Shown piece after piece: positions 44,914 through 54,035 of a DNA stretch of 64,000 nt. The stretch's first letter is position 1. Each line of letters begins with the position of its first letter. The DNA is from Candidatus Firestoneibacteriota bacterium (lineage in GTDB: Bacteria; Oederibacteriota; Muellerivitia; Muellerivitales; Muellerivitaceae): contig JABDGD010000005.1 of the NCBI GenBank assembly GCA_013286205.1, positions 15,003 to 79,002 on the forward strand, written 5' to 3'. The notes under the pieces are model-generated. The model saw nothing but the letters and a program-made list of their open reading frames with translations. It was not told the origin of the DNA and did no database searches. Made by a program: the position numbers and the translations under genes.

Positions 44914-46692
44914 ATGAAATTGTTTTTAACCTACCTATTTATTTTTATTTTTGGCGCGGGATCAACCACCTGGGCGGATTACACCTGGGAAGGTGTGCCG
45001 TCTGGTTATGGTTTGGCTTGGAGTGATGAGTTTAATGGAACGACAGGGAGCGGACCGAGCGGCACCAATTGGGCATACGATCTTGGCGGGGGCGGGTGGG
45101 GCAATAACGAACTGGAAGATTACACTAGCAGTACGGCCAACTCTCAAATTGTGACGGACTCGAACGCGGTGGATGGCAAATCATTAGCAATCATCGCGGC
45201 GATCAAGGCGGGTCATACCAATGATGGCGTGTCTGGAAGCTATACCTCGGCCCGTCTGGTTTCTTCCGTTTCTTCCTCAAGCGGCACACCTAATGTCTAT
45301 GAGCAATATGGCTATATGGAAGCTCGAGTCAAAATGCCTTACGGTCAGGGTATTTGGCCCGCATTCTGGATGTTAGGCAATGATACCAATCCGCCCTCCA
45401 ACACTGCCTGGCCTAATTGCGGCGAAATTGACATTATGGAAAACATCGGCAATTCATCGGACCAGCCGGTCAATCATGGTTCGTTGCATGATGGAACGGA
45501 TTACACCCAGACTTTCAGCTTGCCGGGCGGGCAATTGTTTCACAATGCTTACCACACGTTTGCGGCGCTTTGGCAATCTGGTGAAATCCAGTTTTATGTC
45601 GATGGAAATTTATATGAAACGCAAAGCTCAGCGGCGCCATGGGTTTTTAACGGTAACAACTTTTTCTTTCTGCTGAACTGCGCCGTCGGCGGCAACTTTC
45701 CTGGTAGTCCTAATTCGGGTACGTCTTTCCCTCAAACTATGTATGTGGATTATGTGCGGGCCTATCAAAGCGGCTTTCCTACACCCACGCCGGTGGTGCA
45801 ATCCACCTGGCGGGTTCATTGCGGGGGCGATAATTACACCGATGGCTTGGGTAACCTTTGGTCGGCGGATTCTAATTTTACGGGCGGCTGGCCTTCGGCT
45901 TCGGCGTCTGGGATTTCGGGCAGTGTACAGCCCACAGCCGGTGATCAAACTCTTTATCAATATCAACGCTATGGCAATAGCACTGGCGGGGAAACCGTCA
46001 CCTATACCTTCAATGTACCGACCGGTACGACCTATCAGGTTACGCTAAAATTTGCTGAAGCTTATTTCTCCTCGGCTGGACAAAGGCAGTTTAATTACTC
46101 TATCAATGGTGTGACCGAACAGACGAATTTTGACATTTACTCCGCGGCGGGGGGCGCCAATCGGGCGCTGGATGAGGCTTATAACTCAATCTCGCCGAAT
46201 GGTAGCGGGCAAATTGTGGTGCAGTTTACCCAGGGTTCGGCGGATAACCCCACCGTGGGCGGTATTCAGGTAATACCCCAATCCAGTGTGCCGACTGCCA
46301 CGCCGACGAATACCCCCTGCGGCTTTCCTGGCAACACCTGTACGCCTACCATGACGCCGACGGTGACGCTGACGCCGACTGTAACCTTAACCCCGACCGT
46401 GACGGTATCCGCGGATGAAAAACCATGGCTTTGGCCCAATCCTTATTACGGTAATGGACCCCTCGCATTGGAAGTGCCGTTAGTAGGTGTCAGCGATGTT
46501 CATGTTTCTTTTTTTACTTTGGCATTCCGGAAAATATCGGATCAAACCTTTTCTCAGATGCCGGCGGGGCTGCAGCAACTCACCTTGAATGTTGCGGATA
46601 AAAATCAGAGCACTTTAGCCAACGGACTTTATTACCTGCGGGTGACGACTTCGTCAGGTCAAAAAGTCATTAAACTTCTCATACTGCGTTAG
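44914..46692 (+). CDS. GH16 beta-glucanase (laminarinase-like) + malectin-like carbohydrate-binding domain + TP linker + T9SS-type C-terminal sorting domain
   Basis: GH16 catalytic GEIDIMEN. Malectin-like WRVHCGGDNYTDGLGNLWSADSNFTGG. TPTVTLTPTVTLTPTV linker. C-terminus PNPYY...LANGLYYLRVTTSSGQKVIKLLILR. Confidence 0.85.
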   Translation: MKLFLTYLFIFIFGAGSTTWADYTWEGVPSGYGLAWSDEFNGTTGSGPSGTNWAYDLGGGGWGNNELEDYTSSTANSQIVTDSNAVDGKSLAIIAAIKAGHTNDGVSGSYTSARLVSSVSSSSGTPNVYEQYGYMEARVKMPYGQGIWPAFWMLGNDTNPPSNTAWPNCGEIDIMENIGNSSDQPVNHGSLHDGTDYTQTFSLPGGQLFHNAYHTFAALWQSGEIQFYVDGNLYETQSSAAPWVFNGNNFFFLLNCAVGGNFPGSPNSGTSFPQTMYVDYVRAYQSGFPTPTPVVQSTWRVHCGGDNYTDGLGNLWSADSNFTGGWPSASASGISGSVQPTAGDQTLYQYQRYGNSTGGETVTYTFNVPTGTTYQVTLKFAEAYFSSAGQRQFNYSINGVTEQTNFDIYSAAGGANRALDEAYNSISPNGSGQIVVQFTQGSADNPTVGGIQVIPQSSVPTATPTNTPCGFPGNTCTPTMTPTVTLTPTVTLTPTVTVSADEKPWLWPNPYYGNGPLALEVPLVGVSDVHVSFFTLAFRKISDQTFSQMPAGLQQLTLNVADKNQSTLANGLYYLRVTTSSGQKVIKLLILR

Positions 46693-46698
46693 TGTTTT

Positions 46699-46968
46699 TT
46701 ACGGCTGGGTTTGAACCGGAGGAAGCGGCTTGGTCACGATAGATTGTGTGCGAGGCGCGTCGGGATTGGGGTCGTGGGCGTGAAGTGTTTTAGCCCGGTT
46801 GCCGGAATTGACGTGATAGCTGTTAGGCTGGGGAGTGGCTTTCTTGCGAAGAACATTTCCTTTTTGAAGCGTCAACTTTCGGCTGGGCACTCCATCCAAT
46901 GTGGTTTGGGCATGGACGATCGAGGCTGTTAAAAGTGTCAAGCTGGCCATCAAAATGATAGATTTCAC
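46699..46968 (-). CDS. Small secreted hypothetical protein (89 aa)
   Basis: GTG start after GGGAGA. Signal peptide MKSIILMASLTLLTASIVHA. Confidence 0.4.
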   Translation of the reverse strand: MKSIILMASLTLLTASIVHAQTTLDGVPSRKLTLQKGNVLRKKATPQPNSYHVNSGNRAKTLHAHDPNPDAPRTQSIVTKPLPPVQTQP

Positions 46969-47118
46969 GCGTTAGTCTCCCTGTGGATTTATCCTAGTAC
47001 CAAGCCCATTAAAAACAAAGCATTAACCGGCGACACTTCTTTTATGGGGTGGCGTCTAAATTTTTGGAAGCCAGTTGAGGTTAACTGGCTCGACAATTTT
47101 GGCCGAAAGGCTTGGAGG

Positions 47119-47697
47119 ATGATGATGAAAAACATTTCTCGTTGGTTTTTCGCAGGAACTTTGGCGACAGCTCTGTTTTTAGGATATGGTTTGGCAAAGG
47201 CGCAAGACGCGCCGCCGGCAGATAACACGAGCGATCAACCCGCAGTGGGCGCGGATCACGATAAAGACGGCGATCACGGCAAAGAACGCATGGAAAAAAT
47301 GAAGGAAAAGCTCGGTTTAACCGACGCGCAAGTAGTTAAGCTCAAAGCCGCGATGAAGAAGCAAATGGAAGCCAACAAGCCTTTGCGCGATCAAGAAAAG
47401 ATCGATATTGATACCTTGCAGCAAAAGGTGGACAGCAAGGCGTCGGATTCGGATATCACGGCTGCTTTGGATAAGTTGAAAGAAGACCGTAAAGCCTTGC
47501 AGGAAGCTCAGGAACGCTCGATGGAGAAAACACGTACGATTCTGACTCCGATCCAACAAGCCAAGTGGGTGTTGTCTATGGGCCGCGGAATGGGCAAGTG
47601 GGATGGCAAAAAGAAGGGTGAGTGGAAAAAGGACGGTAAAGACCGCGGAGATGATGCCGCTAAGCCAGCGCCTGACGCTGCTCCAGCCGATAAGTAA
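47119..47697 (+). CDS. Spy/CpxP-family (LTxxQ) periplasmic protein
   Basis: Signal peptide ..FFAGTLATALFLGYGLAKA. Two LTxxQ motifs (LTDAQ, LTPIQQ). Charged helical body. Confidence 0.6.
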   Translation: MMMKNISRWFFAGTLATALFLGYGLAKAQDAPPADNTSDQPAVGADHDKDGDHGKERMEKMKEKLGLTDAQVVKLKAAMKKQMEANKPLRDQEKIDIDTLQQKVDSKASDSDITAALDKLKEDRKALQEAQERSMEKTRTILTPIQQAKWVLSMGRGMGKWDGKKKGEWKKDGKDRGDDAAKPAPDAAPADK

Positions 47698-47726
47698 GAC
47701 TAAAGCGCTTTCAAAATTAGTTAAAC

Positions 47727-47761
47727 GCCGTCCCTTTGAAGCTGAAGGGGCGGCTTTTTTA
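47727..47761 (+). terminator. Rho-independent terminator
   Basis: GCCGTCCCTT-loop-AAGGGGCGGC followed by T6. Confidence 0.85.
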
Positions 47762-47835
47762 TTGATAAAACTATCCCTCCAGGCAGGCCGGTCTTCTAGA
47801 CTAGAGGTGTATTCAAACCGATATAAGGTTTCCTA

Positions 47836-49212
47836 ATGCCCCTATTTGAACTCAAGTCCACTGTGCAGGCTCCCGTTGAAAAACTTTTTACATGGCATAC
47901 CCGGCCGCAAGCTTTTGAAAGATTGACCCCGCCCTGGGAAAAGATTGAGGTTTTAGAAAAAGACAACGGCATTAACGATGGTAGCCGGGTAGTTTTGAAG
48001 ATGAAGCAAGGCCCCTTGAGCCGACGGTGGGTCGCGGTGCACAGCGATTATGTTGAGTGGAAGCAGTTTAAAGATACCCAGGTAGAAGGTCCTTTCGTTT
48101 TCTGGCGGCATACTCACCAATTCTTGCCCGCCGCGGATCAAACCAGCCAATTAACCGATCGCGTCGAGTATGAAGCGCCGCTGGGCGATCTGGGACACTT
48201 TGTAGCGGGTGGATATATCGCGGATAAATTAAAAAGAACTTTCGCCTTCCGCCATCGGCGTACCCAAAATGATTTGAAGCGAATCATGGCTTTTGCCCAT
48301 AAGGATCCCCTTCGTATTGTGGTGAGCGGCGCTAGCGGCATGGTGGGTACAGCGCTGACACAGTTTCTTTCAGGGGCAGGCCACGAGGTTCAGGTTTTAG
48401 TCCGCCGTCATCACACTAAAGAAAATGATATTTTTTGGAATCCAAACGGATCTGAAATAGATAAGGGCAGCCTCGAAAATGTGGATGTGGTGATTCATTT
48501 GGCGGGGGAAAATATCGGCGCGGGCCGCTGGAGCGCCTCGCGAAAAAGAAAAATCATGGAAAGCCGCATGCGCGGTACGAAACTCTTGTCTGAAACACTG
48601 GCGTCTTTAAAAAATCCTCCGAAAGTTTTTATTTCTTCTTCCGCTATTGGGTTTTACGGCAATAGGGGTGACGAGATTTTGACTGAGGAAAGCCCGGCAG
48701 GCGAGGGTTTCTTAACCTCGGTTTGCAAAGCCTGGGAAGACGCGACTGAACCGGCAAAGAACGCCGGTATCCGGGTGGTGAATATCCGCACCGGCATCGT
48801 GCTTTCAGCCAAAGGCGGCGCTTTACCCAAAATGGTTATGCCGATGCTCATGGGAGCGGGTGGTGTCATTGGATCGGGCAAGCAGTGGATGAGCTGGATA
48901 TCGCTTGAAGACTTGGTGGGGATATTTCAATTTGCGATATACAACGATAAGCTTTCAGGCCCGGTGAATGCCACCGCGCCTTGGTCCGCGACTAATAAGG
49001 CCTTCACCAGAATTTTGGGCTATGTTTTAAAAAGACCGACTTTTGCCCCTTTGCCGGGTTTTGTGGTGAAGATACTTTTTGGGGAGATGGGTGAGGCGCT
49101 TTTGCTGGAAGGCCAGCAAGTAAAGCCGGAGAAACTGACTCAAGCGGGTTTTGAGTTTCTGTACCCCGATTTGGAATCAGCCCTGCGATGGGAATTAGGA
49201 TGTTTTCGTTGA
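47836..49212 (+). CDS. SRPBCC domain fused to a YfcH-type NAD-dependent epimerase/dehydratase (DUF1731 C-terminus)
   Basis: N-terminal ~150-aa START/SRPBCC-like domain, then VVSGASGMVGTAL Rossmann and ..FEFLYPDLESAL C-terminus. Confidence 0.85.
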   Translation: MPLFELKSTVQAPVEKLFTWHTRPQAFERLTPPWEKIEVLEKDNGINDGSRVVLKMKQGPLSRRWVAVHSDYVEWKQFKDTQVEGPFVFWRHTHQFLPAADQTSQLTDRVEYEAPLGDLGHFVAGGYIADKLKRTFAFRHRRTQNDLKRIMAFAHKDPLRIVVSGASGMVGTALTQFLSGAGHEVQVLVRRHHTKENDIFWNPNGSEIDKGSLENVDVVIHLAGENIGAGRWSASRKRKIMESRMRGTKLLSETLASLKNPPKVFISSSAIGFYGNRGDEILTEESPAGEGFLTSVCKAWEDATEPAKNAGIRVVNIRTGIVLSAKGGALPKMVMPMLMGAGGVIGSGKQWMSWISLEDLVGIFQFAIYNDKLSGPVNATAPWSATNKAFTRILGYVLKRPTFAPLPGFVVKILFGEMGEALLLEGQQVKPEKLTQAGFEFLYPDLESALRWELGCFR

Positions 49213-50487
49213 GTCTTTAGCCAGCTTGTTCATGGGGTCGGCCAGAGAACCCAGTTGCGCGATCTGGGGCCAAATAAAAAGCACCGCCAAGACGACCAAG
49301 ATGCTTCCGATTCCGCCAAAAACCACCGAAGGTATCAGTCCGAAAAGGGCCGCGGTGGCGCCCGATTCAAACCCGCCCAATTCATTTGAAGAATGAATAA
49401 AGATATAACTGACAGCGGTAACCCTGCCTCTCATGGAGTCCGGCGTGAGAACCTGTACCAGGGTGGAGCGCACAATCACGCTGATGTTGTCGAAGGCTCC
49501 CGTTAAAAACATCATGATCAGCGACAGCCAGAACCATTGGGAGAGTCCGAAAATAATCGTAGCCACACCAAAGCCGGCGACTGCCCAAAGCAATGTCACT
49601 CCGGCTTTTTTCATAGGCGGCAGATGGGCTGAGAGAGTGGCCATCATAAAGGCGCCAATGGCAGGCGCGGCGCGGAGCCAGCCCAGACCCACCGGGCCCG
49701 TATGAAGAACGTCTTTAGCGTAAGCGGGCAAGAGGGCGACGGCGCCGCCCAAAATCACTACCAGCAAATCCATAGTGATGGTGGCTAGGATAATTTTGGT
49801 ATCCCATACAAACTTCAACCCGGCTGATAAAGATTCGATAGATATTTTTTTAGCGTTCACCTTTTTAGCGTCATGGGTGTATTTGAGTGTCCAAATGAAA
49901 TAGAAAAAGCTCAGGGCGCAAAGAGCGTCAATGAGATAAACCGTGGGGTAGCTGAAGTAGGCAATCAGGAAACCGCCGAGAGCCGGGCCGACCATCGAAG
50001 CGGTTTGAAACACTGTGCTGCTCCAGGTCATGGCATTGGGGAAATCTTTTTCGGGGAGCAGTTGGGGCAACAAGGCTTGTTTTGCGGGGTCGCTGAGCGC
50101 CCGGGAAACCCCTGTGAAAAACAGAAGAACATACATGAGCCAGACCGTGGGGTGGAAATGAGAAGTGAGGGCTAACCCGAAGGAACAGGCGGCAAAGAGA
50201 AGTTGGGTCAAAAGCACGATATGTTTGCGGTTGTAGCGGTCGGCCAGCGAACCGGCGGGCAGAATAAACAAGAAAATGGGCAGCCAGGAGACCAGGCCAA
50301 TCAAACCCAGGGCGAATGTGGAATTAGTAATAGAATAGATTTCCCATTGAATGGCGACGGCTAGCATTTGCTGACCGAATACGGCTATAAAGTTACCAAT
50401 GATATAGGCCCGGTAATTGGGGTGCCGCAGGGCGGCATAAGGATCGTGAGAAGTTATTTTTGTTTTTTTGGCGACCATTAACCGCAT
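49195..50487 (-). CDS. MFS transporter (EntS/MFS_3-like)
   Basis: About 12 TM segments. AGSLADRYNRKHIVL motif A. Its 3' end overlaps the convergent gene by 18 nt. Confidence 0.85.
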   Translation of the reverse strand: MRLMVAKKTKITSHDPYAALRHPNYRAYIIGNFIAVFGQQMLAVAIQWEIYSITNSTFALGLIGLVSWLPIFLFILPAGSLADRYNRKHIVLLTQLLFAACSFGLALTSHFHPTVWLMYVLLFFTGVSRALSDPAKQALLPQLLPEKDFPNAMTWSSTVFQTASMVGPALGGFLIAYFSYPTVYLIDALCALSFFYFIWTLKYTHDAKKVNAKKISIESLSAGLKFVWDTKIILATITMDLLVVILGGAVALLPAYAKDVLHTGPVGLGWLRAAPAIGAFMMATLSAHLPPMKKAGVTLLWAVAGFGVATIIFGLSQWFWLSLIMMFLTGAFDNISVIVRSTLVQVLTPDSMRGRVTAVSYIFIHSSNELGGFESGATAALFGLIPSVVFGGIGSILVVLAVLFIWPQIAQLGSLADPMNKLAKDSTKTS

Positions 50488-50545
50488 TGTAATGTTCGAG
50501 AGGTAAAATAAGAAGTAGTAGGAGTCTCAAAATCTTGAGGAAACC

Positions 50546-51364
50546 ATGCCTTACTTAAAAACGCCTCGCGGCCAATTTTATTACATTAAAGAAGGCGCCG
50601 TTGGGCCGGTGGTCTATCTGCTCCACGGGCTTACCTCCAAATGCCAGGATTGGGAAACCACGCCCGCAGAACTGGCCACACAGGGATTTCAAGTTTACGC
50701 CTTTGATATGAAGGGCCACGGTTTGAGCGATAAGCCGAAGACCGGCTACGCGCCGGAAGACCTGGCCCGCGATGTGGACGCCTGCGCGCAAGAGCTGGAC
50801 CATGAGGAAATTCATGTAGTGGGCCATTCCACCGGCGGCAGGAACGCTTTGTTCTTCGCCACGATGTTCGCCAAGAAGACCATTACTTTAACCATCATTG
50901 ACCAAACTCTTACGGCAGATCCGGATAGTTGGAAGAGACATCAAGAGACATACAGCGAATACCCTACGCCTTTCGCGGATGAAGCCTCGTTAGATCAGTT
51001 CTTGTTAGAAAAGTTTCCGGAAAAAGAAAGACGCCGTCGTTTTGAAAAGGGGCAGTTTTCTAAAACTGAGTCAAACCAATGGGATTGGAATTTTTCAGTT
51101 TCGGCCGCGTTGGAAGTACAGCGGTTGGGAAGAGCCCAGGCCCTGCATTGGCTCTTGAAGCGGACCAAATGCCCGGTTCTTTTTATCAAAGCGGCGGACA
51201 GCGCTTATGTTTCGCCGGAAGAATGCGAAAAAATCAGTGGTTTATTGGAAGACCCCAGCCGTTTGGTGGTCATTGAAAAGGCAGGTCATGGGGTGTTTCG
51301 TGATAATCCCCATGCTTTTTTAGGCACTCTGGTGCCTTTTCTGCAGGCTTACGTCCTTTCCTGA
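50546..51364 (+). CDS. Alpha/beta-fold hydrolase
   Basis: VYLLHGL oxyanion region, nucleophile elbow VGHSTGG, C-terminal GHGVF His. Confidence 0.8.
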   Translation: MPYLKTPRGQFYYIKEGAVGPVVYLLHGLTSKCQDWETTPAELATQGFQVYAFDMKGHGLSDKPKTGYAPEDLARDVDACAQELDHEEIHVVGHSTGGRNALFFATMFAKKTITLTIIDQTLTADPDSWKRHQETYSEYPTPFADEASLDQFLLEKFPEKERRRRFEKGQFSKTESNQWDWNFSVSAALEVQRLGRAQALHWLLKRTKCPVLFIKAADSAYVSPEECEKISGLLEDPSRLVVIEKAGHGVFRDNPHAFLGTLVPFLQAYVLS

Positions 51365-51519
51365 CAGGGTGTTGGAATAAAATCTTCTGTTTACCCCTAA
51401 TTTGCCCCGAAATTCTTTTATTTAAATAACCTTTTCGGTATACTCTCGCCTCCCCTGAACAGGTCGTTCTATATAGAGGCGCTCTGGCTGTGGGTTGAAT
51501 AATAAAAAAGAGGTTAGAA

Positions 51520-53367
51520 ATGACAGTTCGTTCGGATTTAAGAAATATCGCCATCATCGCTCACGTTGACCATGGCAAAACCACCTTGGTGGATGCTTTG
51601 TTCAAACAGTCGGGCGTGTTCCGAACCAATGAACATATGGAAGAACGGGTCATGGATTCCAATGACCTGGAAAAAGAACGCGGTATCACGATCTTCTCGA
51701 AGAACGCCTCCATTATGTGGAACGGCGTCAGAATTAATATCGTCGACACCCCGGGTCACGCGGACTTCGGCGGTGAAGTGGAACGCATTCTCTCGATGGT
51801 TGACGGCGTGCTGCTGCTGGTCGACGCCGCGGAAGGTCCTTTACCCCAAACCAAGTTCGTCTTGCGCAAGAGCTTAGAACAAAACTTGCCGGCGATCGTG
51901 GTCATTAACAAGATTGACCGTTCGGATGCCCGTCCTCAAGAAGTGGTCGATAACGTTTTGGATCTTTTCATCGCTCTCGGCGCTAATGAAGAACAAATTG
52001 ATTACCCGATTGTGTACGCCATTGCCCGCGAAGGTAAGGCGACGTTGGACTTGGCTAAGCCAGGCACCGACTTAAAGCCTTTGTATGACACCATCGTCAG
52101 CCACTTCAAGCCTATTGAAGTCGATACCGAAGGTTCTTTCCAAATGTTGGTGACCACCACTGCTTATAACGAATACTTAGGCCGCATGGCTGTTGGCCGT
52201 GTGAAGCGCGGTAAGGTGAAGATTGGCGAACCGATTACTTTGATTAAGCTTGATGGCCGTCAGGTTCCCAGCAGCGCTACAAAGCTCTTTAACTACCAGG
52301 GTATTAAACAAGCTGAATGTCCTGAAGCTGTCGCGGGTGACATCATCCTGATGGCAGGTTTGGAAGACGTTCAGATCGGTGAAACGATCGCGGCGGGTAC
52401 CAATCCGGAAGCTTTGCCGGCGATCACCATCGACGAGCCGACGATGTCGATGATTTTCTCTATCAACAACTCGCCTTTCGCCGGTAAAGAAGGAAAGTTC
52501 ATTACTTCCCGCCACTTGCGCGACCGTGTCTATAAAGAAGCGGAAGCCAACCCGACTTTGAAGATCAGCGACACCGAGAGCCCGGATGCTTTTAAAGTGG
52601 CCGGCCGCGGTGAATTGCATTTGGGAATTTTGATCGAAACCATGCGCCGTGAAGGTTATGAGTTTCAGGTTTCGCGCCCGCAAGTTATCTTCAAAAAGAT
52701 CGACGATCAGATTCAAGAACCTTACGAAAATTTGATCATCGACATTCCGAACAATTCGGTCGGCGTGGCGATGGAAAAGTTGGGCTCGCGTAAAGGTGAA
52801 ATGAAAAACATGACGCCCTTGTCTGAAGTCACGACCCGTATTGAATTCTTGATTCCTTCCCGCTGTTTGTTGGGTTTCCGTACGGAATTCCTGACCGACA
52901 CTAAGGGTGAAGGCATCATGCATCACGTGTTTGCCGGCTACGGCGAATATCGCGGTGAAATTGGCGGACGTAACCGCGGCGTGCTGGTGGCTTTTGAGGC
53001 CGGCATTACGGCGGCTTACGGTATGTTCCAATTGTCCGATCGCGGCAAGTTCTTCATCATTCCTCGTACGGAAGTGTATGAAGGCATGATCGTCGGGGAA
53101 CACACCCGTGAAAACGATATCGCGGTGAATCCTTGTAAGACTAAGCATTTGAGCAACATGCGCAGCAAGTCGTCGGACGAAGCTTTGACGTTAGAACCGC
53201 CGACCATTTTCTCGCTGGAGCAATGCTTGGAATACATCCAAGATGACGAGCTTTTGGAAGTGACCCCGCAGAATCTTCGTATGCGCAAGCGCATTTTGAA
53301 CAATGACCAGCGCATGAAGCAGGAAAAGTCTGCCGGTAAATCGCCGATGAAAGTAACCATCGGTTAA
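51520..53367 (+). CDS. typA: Translational GTPase TypA/BipA
   Basis: AHVDHGKTT, DTPGHADFGGEVER, NKIDR, and BipA-specific C-terminal domains. 615 aa. Confidence 0.97.
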   Translation: MTVRSDLRNIAIIAHVDHGKTTLVDALFKQSGVFRTNEHMEERVMDSNDLEKERGITIFSKNASIMWNGVRINIVDTPGHADFGGEVERILSMVDGVLLLVDAAEGPLPQTKFVLRKSLEQNLPAIVVINKIDRSDARPQEVVDNVLDLFIALGANEEQIDYPIVYAIAREGKATLDLAKPGTDLKPLYDTIVSHFKPIEVDTEGSFQMLVTTTAYNEYLGRMAVGRVKRGKVKIGEPITLIKLDGRQVPSSATKLFNYQGIKQAECPEAVAGDIILMAGLEDVQIGETIAAGTNPEALPAITIDEPTMSMIFSINNSPFAGKEGKFITSRHLRDRVYKEAEANPTLKISDTESPDAFKVAGRGELHLGILIETMRREGYEFQVSRPQVIFKKIDDQIQEPYENLIIDIPNNSVGVAMEKLGSRKGEMKNMTPLSEVTTRIEFLIPSRCLLGFRTEFLTDTKGEGIMHHVFAGYGEYRGEIGGRNRGVLVAFEAGITAAYGMFQLSDRGKFFIIPRTEVYEGMIVGEHTRENDIAVNPCKTKHLSNMRSKSSDEALTLEPPTIFSLEQCLEYIQDDELLEVTPQNLRMRKRILNNDQRMKQEKSAGKSPMKVTIG

Positions 53368-53380
53368 TCAGTTGCTTTGG

Positions 53381-53435
53381 AGTCCGGGGGCGGTAGAATA
53401 AATCCATGATTCTACGCCTCCGGACTTTTTTTTTA
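53381..53435 (+). terminator. Very strong Rho-independent terminator after typA, overlapping the next start codon
   Basis: AGTCCGGGGGCGGTAGAAT / ATTCTACGCCTCCGGACT (18 bp, one wobble, one bulge), 9-nt loop, T10. Confidence 0.85.
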
Positions 53436-53921
53436 CTCGTTTTAACCCTCCTTTTGGCCTGCCCTTGGGCGGCTTACGCCGGCATTGATCTGAATCCGGC
53501 TAACGCCAAACCCATGGTGGCTGACCAACCCGCTGAAGAAGAACTTTCCGACCAAAACGCCTTTGTGAAGCCCTATGAGTATGAAAGGGAAGCGCTGGGC
53601 TATGACCCGGATGGTGTGATTTACCGTGAGAACAAAGCGGAAGACTTTCAGGTGGTTTTCATCACCGCGCTGCCTTTTGCGGCGGTCGCCAGCTTTGGAT
53701 TAACGGGACTGGCTTCTCAATTAGCGACGGGGCAATTCGCGGTGGGCGGAGATTTCTTTTTGCCCTTTTTGGGCGGCATTGTGGTGGGAGCCACCACAGT
53801 GGCCTGTGTCTCGGTTTTGACCAATCCTTATCCGCCGCCAGAGTCAAATTCTATTGTGGAACTACCCGGTGCCCGCCGGTCTTTAGCTTTTTCCCTGCCT
53901 TTAGCGACTGTCCGCTTTTAA
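53406..53921 (+). CDS. Hypothetical exported/membrane protein (171 aa)
   Basis: Signal peptide MILRLRTFFLLVLTLLLACPWAAYA and two hydrophobic segments. The start codon lies in the terminator loop. Confidence 0.45.
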   Translation: MILRLRTFFLLVLTLLLACPWAAYAGIDLNPANAKPMVADQPAEEELSDQNAFVKPYEYEREALGYDPDGVIYRENKAEDFQVVFITALPFAAVASFGLTGLASQLATGQFAVGGDFFLPFLGGIVVGATTVACVSVLTNPYPPPESNSIVELPGARRSLAFSLPLATVRF

Positions 53922-54035
53922 TTTCCGCGTCAAATAGACTGTTTTCCACAATTATTTATTTTGGGTTTCACCGGATGGGGTTAGAATAAGCCCCTATTTG
54001 CCGGTACCTTTTATTTCGGGTCAAGGAGCGCTTGG

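Noticed and set aside
52177-53148. 323-aa ORF antisense to typA
   Set aside because: It is fully contained in the strongly conserved typA/bipA reading frame and has no recognisable motifs.
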